Positions 36,222 through 47,473 are shown, numbered from the whole stretch's first letter. The stretch is DNA of 63,145 nucleotides, filler included, from Aduncisulcus paluster (GCA_024181965.1; 11 parts of 11 records of this genome joined end to end with filler, not necessarily neighbours in it); one strand, 5' to 3'. Program-made: numbers and translations. Notes: generated by a model from the sequence alone, not told the origin.

Positions 36222-36695
36222 CGATTATCATTTTTGCAATTGTGATAAATTCTCCCTAATTATCTTGTCATTCTTAAAATCTGCGTTTTGGTTTCATATA
36301 TATCCAATTCTTGTCACTGTCCCGTTGAGCTGTGATAATACGTCGTATTGTAGTCTGCCTCTAGCCACTGTAGTGGACAGCGTTGTAGATGTTGATGTAT
36401 TCCGTGAATCTATATCGTTTTCAAAACATTGTTTTTGCTTAGAATACTTCAGAACGCCATGAAAGCTTAGAAACGACATTAAGGTTTTGGATGAGGTGCA
36501 AATTTATTCGATAAATTGAGATTTATTGGTTGTGACGCCTATATTATTGAAGAAGTGAAGGAGTTTTATAGAAATGCTTGACAAATAAATATATGATTGA
36601 TATTATATTGATATTGAGGTTGAATGGAGTGGAACTCATTGGATATATAGATATAGATATTGATATATAATGAGATTTGAAAAACATTCTTAAAC

Positions 36696-36806
36696 TTAGA
36701 ATCCTCCACGAAGACGGAGAACAAGGTGAAGGGTAGAATCCTTCATGATGTTGTAGTCTCCAAGAGTACGACCCTCATCAAGCTGTTTACCAGCGAAGAT
36801 AAGACG
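36696..36806 (-). CDS. Ubiquitin, last 35 residues plus Phe extension (3' end of a ubiquitin or polyubiquitin gene), 5'-partial
   Basis: [40 protein letters not shown]. R72 argues for ubiquitin rather than NEDD8. Confidence 0.95.
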   Translation of the reverse strand, partial: RLIFAGKQLDEGRTLGDYNIMKDSTLHLVLRLRGGF

Positions 36807-36906
36807 NNNNNNNNNNNNNNNNNNNNNNNNNNNNNNNNNNNNNNNNNNNNTTAATTAATTAANNNNNNNNNNNNNNNNNNNNNNNNNNNNNNNNNNNNNN
36901 NNNNNN
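36807..36906. other. Artificial contig-joining linker
   Basis: N44-TTAATTAATTAA-N44. Confidence 0.98.
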
Positions 36907-39214
36907 GTATCTATAATGCATTGGATCTAAATAACATCGATGTCATGGAATTTGTTGATCAATCAGCCCATAGTATGGAGATAGATCAACAGCGAGAAGG
37001 AGGAATCAAGGGAAAAACAGAACAACATCTTGTCACTCAACAGCAACATCAGTTTGGAACCCAATCGAAGGGCCATGTTCATTTCAGAGAGTCGGCAGCA
37101 AGCGTTGAGTTATATCCAGATGGGGGAAGACAGTCTTCAATCTGTTCTGATATCGTTAAGGCTCCATCTGACGAAGATGAGCAAATAAGACGGGCTTCAT
37201 GCTCATCTGATGATGATTCACTCACAAGTTTCTCACAGAGTACAACCACTGACCCTATAAATAGAACAAGTGTTTCTCATGATCGTGAAGTGAAGTTTGA
37301 ACGTGCCTCTGGTACAACGAGTGGGATAGCCTACGCTTCTGTTGGTTCTGATCAAGCTTTGATGAGGGGTGAAATGATTCTTCCTTCTCATACTCCGAAT
37401 AGATGGACTCCTCATCGGGCTTCAAGGTCAAAATTCCATGAGATACCCCCATCATCTCAAACACCCATGCACGTCGGTCGTATCTCCCATTCTGATTTTA
37501 TTCCCTTTGTTCCTTTACTCACTCTATGTTTTAATGTCCTTAGAAATCTCTCCACGTGCACTGGTGAGGATGTTCTCGGGCCTAATCCAACACTAACAAC
37601 CATTGGGCATCATGACGATGCTAAAGCGACCACACAAACCATGACAAAGACTCAGAGTGGAAGACTGATAAGATGTCAGGCCTCAGATGAGTCCACCAGT
37701 TGTGATGGGGAAGTTAGTGAAGACTCTGATGATAATTTTGCCCTCTTTGAACGGAGTCGCTCTACTCTATTCGGATCTTCTCTCCTCCCACGCTCTGCCA
37801 TCACATTCACATCCTCTTCCTCTGTGTCTGCCTTTTTCTCTTCATTTGACGAGACTATGAGGCTTGCCGTGTGTACGTTGCATCTTATTTATGCTAGGAT
37901 TGTGAAATGGTGTGAAGTTGAGGTGAAAAGAGAAGAGGAATCCATGCTAAAATGCAGGACTCATATATCGAAAGAAGAAGAGAGAGCAGTGGGGGTTTTG
38001 AATGTTAGAACGATCTTGAAATCAAATTACTCGTATCTGTCCAAAGAACGACATCAAAAGAACAAAAGTAGTGTGGGTGAATGTACAGGTGGTGATGGCA
38101 AACAGAGTCATCAGGTGGATGGAATTGTTGGTCAGCATACATGCACAACCAACGGTACTGCTACGTCCATGCTCGATCAAGCCAAATATGAATTTAGAAA
38201 CCCAGTTGTAAGTTCAAGTGTTCCTCTTGGTATTCAAGATGAAGATAAGACAATTCAATCAAAATTTGCAACATCTTCCCTCAGAAAAGGATATGGTTCA
38301 TCTCATTTACAGGATTCGACCATTATGAGTCAACCTGAGTCTTCTCAATCGATGACAACGACACAGATTGAGGGCGGGATTCCAACACTTGCCATGTCTC
38401 GACTTGGACAATCAGCTCACACTGATTCCACTTTGTCCTTATTCAACCAACAATCAGTGGAGAGATCGATGTCTGAAACCAGATCTTCGCCTCCTCCCGG
38501 CACTGTTTCGGCCGGATCAGGTGGCATTTACCTCGATGATGATGCTATGAAGAAAGGCACTGAGCTGAAACATGCTCAAGGGGACAGGACAACTTCCAGT
38601 AGCATTGAGGGCACACTTCCAAGGAAGATGATGAGATCAAGATCGTCAAGGAAGAGTATTGTTGGTTTCTTTGTTCGTAATCAGAACCAAGGAAGCCGCT
38701 TATCGAGTCGTGCAAGCCATCAACGTCCAATCACTCGCCATCGACCAACCGGAAGGACATCCTCGATCCTTTCTTCTTTCATTATCAACACCGGCGAAGT
38801 TGCTAATACTCTTGCTCACACAGGGACAATGGATGATAGTCTTGTTCATTCAAGGAGTCGGAGAGGAAGAGGAAGAGGAAGAGGAAGAGGAAGGGGAAGA
38901 GGAAGGGGAAGAGGAAGGGGAAGAGGACAGAAGGGCGGTTATATGTTATCTATGGTCGAACAAAAAGAGATTTGGATTGAAATTATCACTTATTACGCAG
39001 ATTTATTTATTTATAATAGAGGATTGTCCCAGAAATACCTCCAATCTGATCTACCAAAAATAGTCGATTCAATTTTATGTGCTCTCCTGAATCTCGATGT
39101 TCACTGCCATGGCCTTGTTCGATGTCTATTTATTGAAGAAAATGGGTTCAAATCCCTTTGCGCGATTCTTTTAGTTCATATTTCTGCATATATTGGAGAA
39201 TTGAATGCCAAATC
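36907..39214 (+). CDS. Internal fragment of a large Ser/Thr-rich hypothetical protein with an (RG)n tract
   Basis: One frame open across the whole contig; both ends truncated. Confidence 0.75.
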
Positions 39215-39314
39215 NNNNNNNNNNNNNNNNNNNNNNNNNNNNNNNNNNNNNNNNNNNNTTAATTAATTAANNNNNNNNNNNNNNNNNNNNNNNNNNNNNN
39301 NNNNNNNNNNNNNN
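39215..39314. other. Artificial contig-joining linker
   Basis: N44-TTAATTAATTAA-N44. Confidence 0.98.
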
Positions 39315-40826
39315 TCTTTTTTGCGTTCCATTCTCATTTCTTCTCTTCTAACGTGTTGCTTGCTTGCAAATCCTTTCTTGGCTCGAGTCTTTGTTCTATT
39401 TTCGAATCTTTCCATTCTTTTTTGATGCTTTTCTTCCATTTGTTCTTCCTTTATATTTTCCAGTTCCTTTCTTACCAAACTAACCTCACTTCTTGTCGTA
39501 GCTCTAAGACCGAACCTTTCCCCGCCTCCAACGTCTGCCCTAACGCCAAGTCCACTCATTTTGATCATGTCAGGCTTCAATTTCTCAAGTAAAGATTTAA
39601 CTTCGCATTCTTGGAATTGTTTCTTGTCCATGTGTGGATTGTAGAAAAATGAATCATATAATGGATCACTAACATTAGGAACGGGGATGCAGCGAATCCC
39701 TCCGTCGAAACCAACTACAATACTATCTCTAAAAGGTGAGAAAGTGATATAATTAGGTCTTTCATCGATTCCTTTATATAGTTGGCTAAACAAAGTGATC
39801 TCAGACATTGGGGAAGTGGAAGAGAGAGCATCAGAAACAGCACTAGAGTCAGCAGTGGAGACATCACCAGCCTCAGAGAGGGAGGAAGAGGAAGAAGGCA
39901 CAGAGGATTGTATAAGGTCCCTTCTTCTTCTTGAGGAGTTTCTTTTGTTTTCCTTTGGACAAACCGAGCATATCGATCCGGCCAACTCCAAGAGAATCGC
40001 GGATTTTTCTCTGTTTCTTAGTAAGAGCTTTCTTTGACAATCCACGGTTGTGAAGACACTGAATATCGGTTAATTTGTTCGAGAATACCTTCACAGAAGT
40101 ACCCATGCACACTCCAACACATCCGTTGTCAGAGATATCGAGAGAATGGATGGAAGGTTCGGTGGAAAAATCGAATTCATGCAAATGCTTAGAAGGATTC
40201 CGTAGATCCCAGAGACGCATATCGTTGCGTTGGCCGACAGTTACCATCGTTCTGCCGCTCATATCTATCTTAATATGATTGACAGATGTACCGTGGGTTC
40301 GAATTTTCATGAGGAAATCCTTGCAAGATGGTGACCAAAGAGAAACAACACCATCTCGCTGTCCGACGAAGGAAACAGCTGTCTGGGGATTATGAGTTAG
40401 AGAACAGGGCACTCCACAATGCATATGAAATTTAGAAATGTGTTTTGCCATTGAAGTGTCTTCCCAAGAAATATATCCCCGATCACTTATAGAAACAAGC
40501 AAGAAATGATGAATAAGATAATCTAAAGCAATGGGATTCACATGTTGGGAGAGTTTAACAACCTCAGCGCTCGTCATTGTGTCGTAAATACAAGTCGTAT
40601 CAGGGAAGGCAACAGCGAACATTTTATGATTATTAAGGAATGTAATGTCTGAAATATACTTTCCTGTAACAATTTCATGAAGGGGTTGTCTATTTTTGTA
40701 ATCAATTAAACCTATATATCCTTTCTTACCAGCCAATAACATAAAATTCCCAGTAGGGTCGAATTTCTGCTTAAAAGGTCCCAATTTAAGACCTGTAAGA
40801 GCCCAATTTTTAACTACCATAAGAAT
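39315..40826 (-). CDS. UTP7: U3 snoRNP WD40 protein UTP7/WDR46 (BING4); internal frameshift near 39925, 5' end disrupted, 3'-partial
   Basis: LKLGPF...GNFMLLAGKKGYI, WD repeats (LDYLIHHFLLVS, HNPQTAV, GVVSLWSP, MRLWDLRN) and a BING4 C-terminal block (FSPFRD...VPN...NP...KQFQECEVKSLLEKLKPDMI) in a second frame. Confidence 0.88.
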
Positions 40827-41184
40827 CTAAAATAATAGGTTCTTAACTGAGACAATAAAGATGATTGTGATGGTTTTCCATAGAGGTTTATTTATTTTCT
40901 TCATTCATATGTTCTATTTATCTTAAGTATAATATTTTTTAAAAAGAATGATACGTTTTGGTAAAAACTCGTCGTATCGATGAAAGAGAGAGCATTTTCA
41001 CTATTGGGCAATTCAAAATGAATAAGTCTGTTTGAAATTTAATTTCAAAATTATCACTATGTTTAAATTTTAATGAATATATTTTTTTAAAAAATAATAG
41101 TAAATTAGGATTATCTAAATAAAAACTCGATTTTGTGAAGATTTCTCAGAAATTATTCGATCGAAAAACAAAACATCTATCATC

Positions 41185-41905
41185 ATGACAATATTTCTGC
41201 ACGGAATCCCCGAACAAGTTTCCCTTGATGAGCTTCGAGCTCTCACAAACAAATTTGGAACTGTTACACGTATAGCCCACAAATCCGGATATAAATATGC
41301 CTTTATCGATTATTCTTCTGGCGAAGAAGAGGATAGGGCAATATCAAATCTTCATGGAACGACTCAATTTGGTATGAGAATTGGGGCTGAAAAAGCGAAG
41401 AAATCTCCTGCGAAAACTCATAATTGCGAAGAAATTCATTATAAACCATCTGAAAAATCCCCTCAACCGATTCCTCCTCATAGATCTACCTCCTGCGAGA
41501 GTTTCCCACCTCCAGTGACCTCTCACCAGTTTCCTCAACAACAATTTATGTATAATCCCCTTGATCCAGCCTTTAGAAGGGCTAGTCTTCCTGTTGATTT
41601 CCGTCCAAGCTCTGATATTACACAGCATGCTCAGATATATCAAAGGTCTGGTGTATATCCCCCTCACCACCATCCTGGACACTTTTCGGTCCCTGTAAAA
41701 TCATTTCCTTTAACCCATCCTTATGGTCAGCATCCTCCGCCCCTTCAAAACCCCGTCAAGTCCAGGTCTCCTTCCCAATCGTCTGTCACTGGCGTTTCCA
41801 CCACTCCTCAGCCTCGTCACGATCAACTCAGTTCTTTGTTGCATGCCATTGAACCTTTGGACCTCATTCAAAAAGTTTCTCTCCTTCAAAAGCTTAAAGG
41901 CATGG
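41185..41905 (+). CDS. RRM-domain RNA-binding protein, 3'-partial
   Basis: RNP2 IFLHGI and RNP1 KYAFIDY, then a P/H/Q-rich low-complexity region. Confidence 0.85.
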
Positions 41906-42005
41906 NNNNNNNNNNNNNNNNNNNNNNNNNNNNNNNNNNNNNNNNNNNNTTAATTAATTAANNNNNNNNNNNNNNNNNNNNNNNNNNNNNNNNNNNNNNN
42001 NNNNN
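41906..42005. other. Artificial contig-joining linker
   Basis: N44-TTAATTAATTAA-N44. Confidence 0.98.
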
Positions 42006-42355
42006 GGTGTGAGAGGAAAGAGGTGGGGGAAGATAACTTCTCTGGGGAGTTAAGGAGAGAAGCAACGGGATGAGAAGTGAGGTAATATGACTGAGAGTCC
42101 TCGGACAACGGGTCCATACCAGATTGGGGATCAACAACATCGGGTGGTGGGGGTAGGAGATCCCATTCATTGGGGACTTGAGCACATACATACTCATCGA
42201 TATCCATTTTTAGAACAGCAAGGGAGGCATGGGCAAGTTTGGTATCATGACAAACGTCTGAAACAAGGGAAAATGGAGAGTCAAATGGGATTCCAAGGGA
42301 GGGGAAAGATATTTGGTGATCTTTGGTGGAAAGGGGTGATCTTTGGTGGGAAGAG

Positions 42356-42387
<32 letters not shown>

Positions 42388-43485
42388 AGAAGAGCTCGGA
42401 GGCAAGAGAAGATCAGTGTGGAAATCAACATCTAAAGCTATATCAGTGGCCAAATCTCCTTGAGAGTGACCACTGGTGGCTTTCTCTCCTTCGATTTCAT
42501 GGAAAACTTCCTCGAACAAAGATTCCTCGAACAAAGAATTTCTTTTGGAAGTACTATCAAAAGCTCCATCTGTAGATGTTGGAATGCCATCACCCAAATC
42601 GAAAATATCTTCCTCTTCTTCTTCTTCACCTTCTTCGTCATCCCATCCCACGAATACCCCCATAGAAGCATCCTTTTCGGTTTCTTTTCTTCGAGGATGT
42701 TGTGTTAGCTGAGACACACCAACAACTCCTTGCTCAATCGCTGCCTTAATGGAAGCTGTGACAAGCTTGGAGGCAGCATAGACAGAAATATCATATTCAA
42801 ATTCCTGGAGTTGATCTCTTGAGCCACTGGAAATTGACGAACTGAGATCAGAAGATTGTGGAAGAGTGCCGAAAAGCCCAGAATAATATAATCCTTCTTG
42901 AGCAAGAATAAGCCTCCGCTTTTCCTCTTTTATGGCCCAGACAAGTCTTTTTTTAGCATGAACGATGTGAAATTTAATGAGAGAAATCAGGAGGTTAATT
43001 CCTCTTCGAATCTCTCCACTAGCATGCATTAGATTTGTAAGTTCTGTTACAATGGTCCCTGCATGTTCATAACTACGCTGTCGATACATTCCACTTAGAA
43101 TTCTCATAGCCGCAGAAGTATCATCATGTTCAAGATATATATTGAGACATTCAACAATAGCAGAAGTAGCACTGGGATTAATTCTAAAATATCTATACCT
43201 ACATTGGGCAGTTTGTGGATATAGATTCAGTGAATCAGCTTTATCAATTGCGAGTTTCCAATTCTCGAGTCTCTTCTCTCTGGTGGAAGAATATTTTGCA
43301 GCCTGAATGGTATACTTCAATGATTCTCTTGGGAAATACTGAGCTTCTTTAATAAGGGCTAATTGACTATATATCTGACCCCGGGCTTTCTTAGCAGGAA
43401 GGAGCTTAAGAAGCCATTTTTCCGCTGCGTCATATTTTCCATCGAGATATAATTCAGTGATGGATTGTAATATACCTTTAAGCAT
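42006..43485 (-). CDS. TPR protein, probably TFIIIC subunit Tfc4/GTF3C3-like, 3'-partial
   Basis: N-terminal TPR array (LYLDGKYDAA..., IYSQLALI...SLKY..AA...W..., AQC.YR..RINP) follows the Tfc4 pattern. Start uncertain. Confidence 0.55.
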
Positions 43486-43947
43486 ATTACGAATTCAGTG
43501 GGTAGTTCGAAAAAGAACTTTCGAAGTAATTGTGGAATTACCATCTCTAGAAATCTCTTCTCAATATTGACTTTCTCTAATTATTATTGTATTATCCACT
43601 TTTAAAGAAATAATATTTTGCTATGTGCAATTTTACGTGAGAAATTCCTAACTTGTGAATTATTTGATATATCAAGAAAATATAAGTGTATTTCATGATC
43701 AATTAGATATTAACTTTGTGATAACACATCATCTAAAGAAGATTAATTCGATATTGTTGCGAATCACATTTTGAATGTTCCTGAAAGAAATATCCGAAGA
43801 ATTGAAATAAAATCTTTATTTAATGTTCATGCAAATTTGATTTATACCAAGAAATGTCCATTAATATTTTGATATCATTTTTCTCCAAAATCGTGAACCG
43901 TTTTCGTTGTTTTCTGCAATATTTAGAAATTTAACTTTATAATTATT

Positions 43948-45489
43948 ATGCAGCCGGAGGTGTTCATTCCTACGGTACCCTTATTTTTGGCAAATAGAGT
44001 TTTGGAAGGGATTTTTGTTGGATCTTCCATTGCAGCCGAAGATGATGACTTTGTCTTTTCAAATGAAATTACATATATTATTAATTGTTGTGGTACTCAG
44101 TGTAGTAATCGTTTTGCAAGTTCAGGAGTGAAATATTTATCTTTCCCCTGGCTTGATTCTGACTCCACGATTATTTTCGATGCAAAAGATGTTAATGTGT
44201 TAAAAATAATTGAATTTTTGGAAGAGGCATTGAAACGCGATAATTATGTGCTTATTCATTCTCGTAATGGAGATTCTCGTGCAGTTATAGCTTTGGCAGC
44301 CTTTTTAGTGTTTAAATATCACTGGCCTCCTCAAAGAGCCTTACAATTTATTGCTACCAAGCGTTTTAATTGTCAACCTAGACCCAATTTCATTCGTCAA
44401 CTTATTAGATGGTCAGAAAAACTTAGAGAAGCTAAAGGTCCTTTTAAAGACATTTTTGGTGATATTACTGGGATAAAACTCAATCAAGAAGAGCTTTTAC
44501 ATCGTAATTCTTTCCTTAACGCCGTTCAAGCTTCTACTCGTCCCCCTCCCATGACCATTCTGACCCTGACTGATGCTGAGAAAGAAGAAGAGTATCAATA
44601 TCGTGTAAAGCTTGCTCAACTTGAAGCTCAGACGTTACAAGAGAAGACTAAACGTCCTGTGAAACCCACATTGCCAACAGACCCTAAATCTGTGTCTGGA
44701 CCAAACCGTCATATTCGCTGGCGTGATGGACAAAAAAGTGGTCAAATTACCCATTTATTGAGCGGTGGAAGGAGTGGAACGAAGCTATTTCGGGGTAGTT
44801 CGCATGGATATAGTGGTGATGGTCAGTCTGTGTCTCGACCTGTCCGTGTCAGCTTTGACATTCTTCCAGGGCGGTCCTCTTCCCCCACCGGCTCTAAAAA
44901 GACTCCCAACACATCTGCTGCGACTACTTGCCCCCCTCCTGTCTCAGTCTTGAAAGAGCGTCGGTCAGACATCCGTTACAAGGAATTCTACAAAGGAAGC
45001 AACAGTTTGGTGATCACCCCTCGTGAAGCTCTGAGTATTATAAAGGATAAGCTCATTGATGAAGAAGACAAAATCAAGGAGAGGGAGAGAGAGGAGAGGG
45101 AGAGGAGAGAGAGAGAGAAGGTAAGGGAAAGAGAATTGCTGAGAGAAAAAGAGAGGGAGATGGAGAGGAGAGAAAGAGAACAACGGGAGAAAGAAGGCAG
45201 GGAGAGGAGAGAAAGGGAGCATCAAATTCATTCCAACATTGAGGATGGTTCAAGAGATCAATTGCGTCACACCATGTCTGGATATTCATCCGCTTCCGGT
45301 TTTGGCTCGACAACTGGTCTTTCTGCATCTTCTAGGCCTCTCAGGACAGCCAGTCACGTTGGAATATCAAGATCAGCTCGTCAACGTCTCAACAATGGTC
45401 TTGTCGGGCGTCGTACTGCAACTACAAAGGGAGATTCAGCAGAATCTACTCCAATTAGACCTGGGTCTGTTCCAGCAAACCTTTATTCT
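43948..45489 (+). CDS. Dual-specificity phosphatase-like protein with catalytic Cys replaced by Ser (pseudophosphatase), 3'-partial
   Basis: GIFVGS...ITYIINC...W.D...VLIHSRNGDSRA...AAFLV...PRPNFIRQL, followed by an R/E-rich helix. Confidence 0.88.
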
Positions 45490-45589
45490 NNNNNNNNNNN
45501 NNNNNNNNNNNNNNNNNNNNNNNNNNNNNNNNNTTAATTAATTAANNNNNNNNNNNNNNNNNNNNNNNNNNNNNNNNNNNNNNNNNNNN
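45490..45589. other. Artificial contig-joining linker
   Basis: N44-TTAATTAATTAA-N44. Confidence 0.98.
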
Positions 45590-45689
45590 GAGGAACAATA
45601 ATACTCTATAACCAGAATTGATCAAGAACTGTACAACTGTACGGGAAAAAAAACATGAACACCATTTGAAAACAAAATTCATCTCTCAC

Positions 45690-46139
45690 CTATTGTTCTT
45701 CCTCTTCTTCCTCTTCTTCATTTCTGTACACATATACTTCCTCTTCCTCCTCTTCTTCTGGAGCAACAAACATTGCAACGGCAGAAGGCGATGTTTTCCC
45801 CTTTTCACATATGATCATATCAATATAAGAAGCTGGAGTAGAGTCATATTTATAGCTTTCTATATGCAAAAATTTGGTCTCTTGACATTCTTGCACAAGA
45901 TCAGGAGAAGAAGGATCACAAATCACATCTAACCTAAGTCGATCGGGAATTTTCTTTAATATTGATTTATCTCCATGTTCTTTGCATTCTTCCGTCATTT
46001 TGGGAAGGAAATATTTGGATTCACACACGACAACGGTTGGAATACCCTTGGCTTGTGCCAACTCAGTAATGAGCCGGGTTCCAGCCTTTGCTATAATAGT
46101 ACCATCTAATAAAATAAATTTGGCGTTTTTCCAAACAAT
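45690..46139 (-). CDS. C-terminal half of a translation initiation factor eIF2B alpha/beta/delta-family subunit (delta-like); no in-frame start
   Basis: DGTIIAKAGTRLITELAQAKGIPTVVVCESKYF...YDSTPASYIDMIICEKG.TSPSAV matches the IF-2B C-terminal consensus. In-frame TGA at 46142-46140. Confidence 0.8.
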   Translation of the reverse strand: MVWKNAKFILLDGTIIAKAGTRLITELAQAKGIPTVVVCESKYFLPKMTEECKEHGDKSILKKIPDRLRLDVICDPSSPDLVQECQETKFLHIESYKYDSTPASYIDMIICEKGKTSPSAVAMFVAPEEEEEEEVYVYRNEEEEEEEEQ

Positions 46140-46498
46140 TCACATCATAATGAGACTTATTTCAGTCCAAACTCCGCAAGGAGAAAAGTAAAGCGTGAAT
46201 CCGGATCACGCGTGATTTCAAACGTCAAATTGATTCCATTAACATTATTCAAATATTACGGTAAAATTTGGGGTGAAGGAAACCGGACAAAGTTAGATAT
46301 ACGACCAATATTTGAGATTTTATCTCCGAGATTCAGGAGTCAAAACGGAGTCCTGAAAATTCTTAAATTGACAGTTATTATGGATAAAATGGAATATTAA
46401 CAACAAAAATAAAATTCAATCAGACGGGAAATTATTTTATTTGTTGGAAATTCAGTTCGATTCAGCTCCGATAAATCCATTTTTTTTCTCCGGTCCTG

Positions 46499-47176
46499 AT
46501 GCCTGAAGTTCGTCCTATTTTCTCTATACTTGGTCTTCCTTGTTCTGGAAAGGGCACTCAAGGTTTCCTTTTACAGAAACATCTCAATATTCGCCATATC
46601 TCAGCTGGCGATTGCCTGCGAGCTGAAATGGCTAAGGAGGATTCCGAACACAAAAAATTAATTGATTACTACATTAAAGAAGGGTTGATCGTACCTGCTG
46701 AAATCACTGTTGCTCTTCTTCGTGCTGTAATGGAATCTGATTCCTCCAGTGCCGGGTTTTTGATTGATGGTTTCCCCAGGGCCATTGAACAATACCAATG
46801 TTTTATCAAACATGCTAGGCCTATGAATGGAGTTATTTATGTCAAGGCTGCCGAAGAACTTGCTCTATCAAGAATGCATAAGAGAATTGCTGAATGGAAA
46901 GAGCAAGGAAAGGTCACAAGAACTGATGATAATGATGAAAGCATGAAAAAAAGATTTCGTGTGTATAAATCCCAGACAGCTCCTGTTATAAGTCTTTTTA
47001 GACGTCATTCTCGTATCATCGAGCTCGATGGAGCTGGAACTCCCGATAAAGTCTTCGCTATACTGAGCAAACTCATGAAGGAATTCCTTTCAAGTTCTAA
47101 GGGTAAACATGGCCTTGAATTGACAGAGGAAGATGTTAAAATCGGTGAAGAAGAGGAAAAAAAAGCCCATGAGTGA
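46499..47176 (+). CDS. UMP-CMP kinase (adenylate kinase family)
   Basis: P-loop GLPCSGKGTQ, HISAGDCLRAE, FLIDGFPR and short-lid RTDDN. Confidence 0.9.
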   Translation: MPEVRPIFSILGLPCSGKGTQGFLLQKHLNIRHISAGDCLRAEMAKEDSEHKKLIDYYIKEGLIVPAEITVALLRAVMESDSSSAGFLIDGFPRAIEQYQCFIKHARPMNGVIYVKAAEELALSRMHKRIAEWKEQGKVTRTDDNDESMKKRFRVYKSQTAPVISLFRRHSRIIELDGAGTPDKVFAILSKLMKEFLSSSKGKHGLELTEEDVKIGEEEEKKAHE

Positions 47177-47473
47177 GATCCATACTTATATCCATAAAAT
47201 ATCTGTATTTATACAAATATTTTTATTTTAATACCTTTTTAGTCGTGGTTTTGCTTATGCATATTCTGGAAGTATCATACTTTGGATGCTCATTCAGAAT
47301 GAGTCATTCTATCGTTTGTTTTTACATTTTGCGGGTCTTTTTTTGTTCAAAATAATGTCGATACCAATAAATGAATTTTATTATTTTTGAGGACTGATGA
47401 TATCATTCTCATTCGAGACTCCTCAGGTTTCGGATCATCTACTGCGTTTTTCTGACTCACCATTCCAATTAAC

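Noticed and set aside
21660..36806. Bacterial contamination or operon (MATE, ValRS, tRNA, DUF4241-like)
   Set aside because: The same scaffold carries ubiquitin and a eukaryotic kinase, the tRNA lacks encoded CCA, and gene orientations are mixed.
47388..47459. Possible C/D box snoRNA or hammerhead ribozyme (CTGATGA...CTGA with TGAG/CTCA ends)
   Set aside because: Kink-turn spacing is imperfect and I recognise no rRNA guide or C'/D' boxes. The hammerhead GAAA and stem II are absent. Not supportable without an Infernal/snoscan search.
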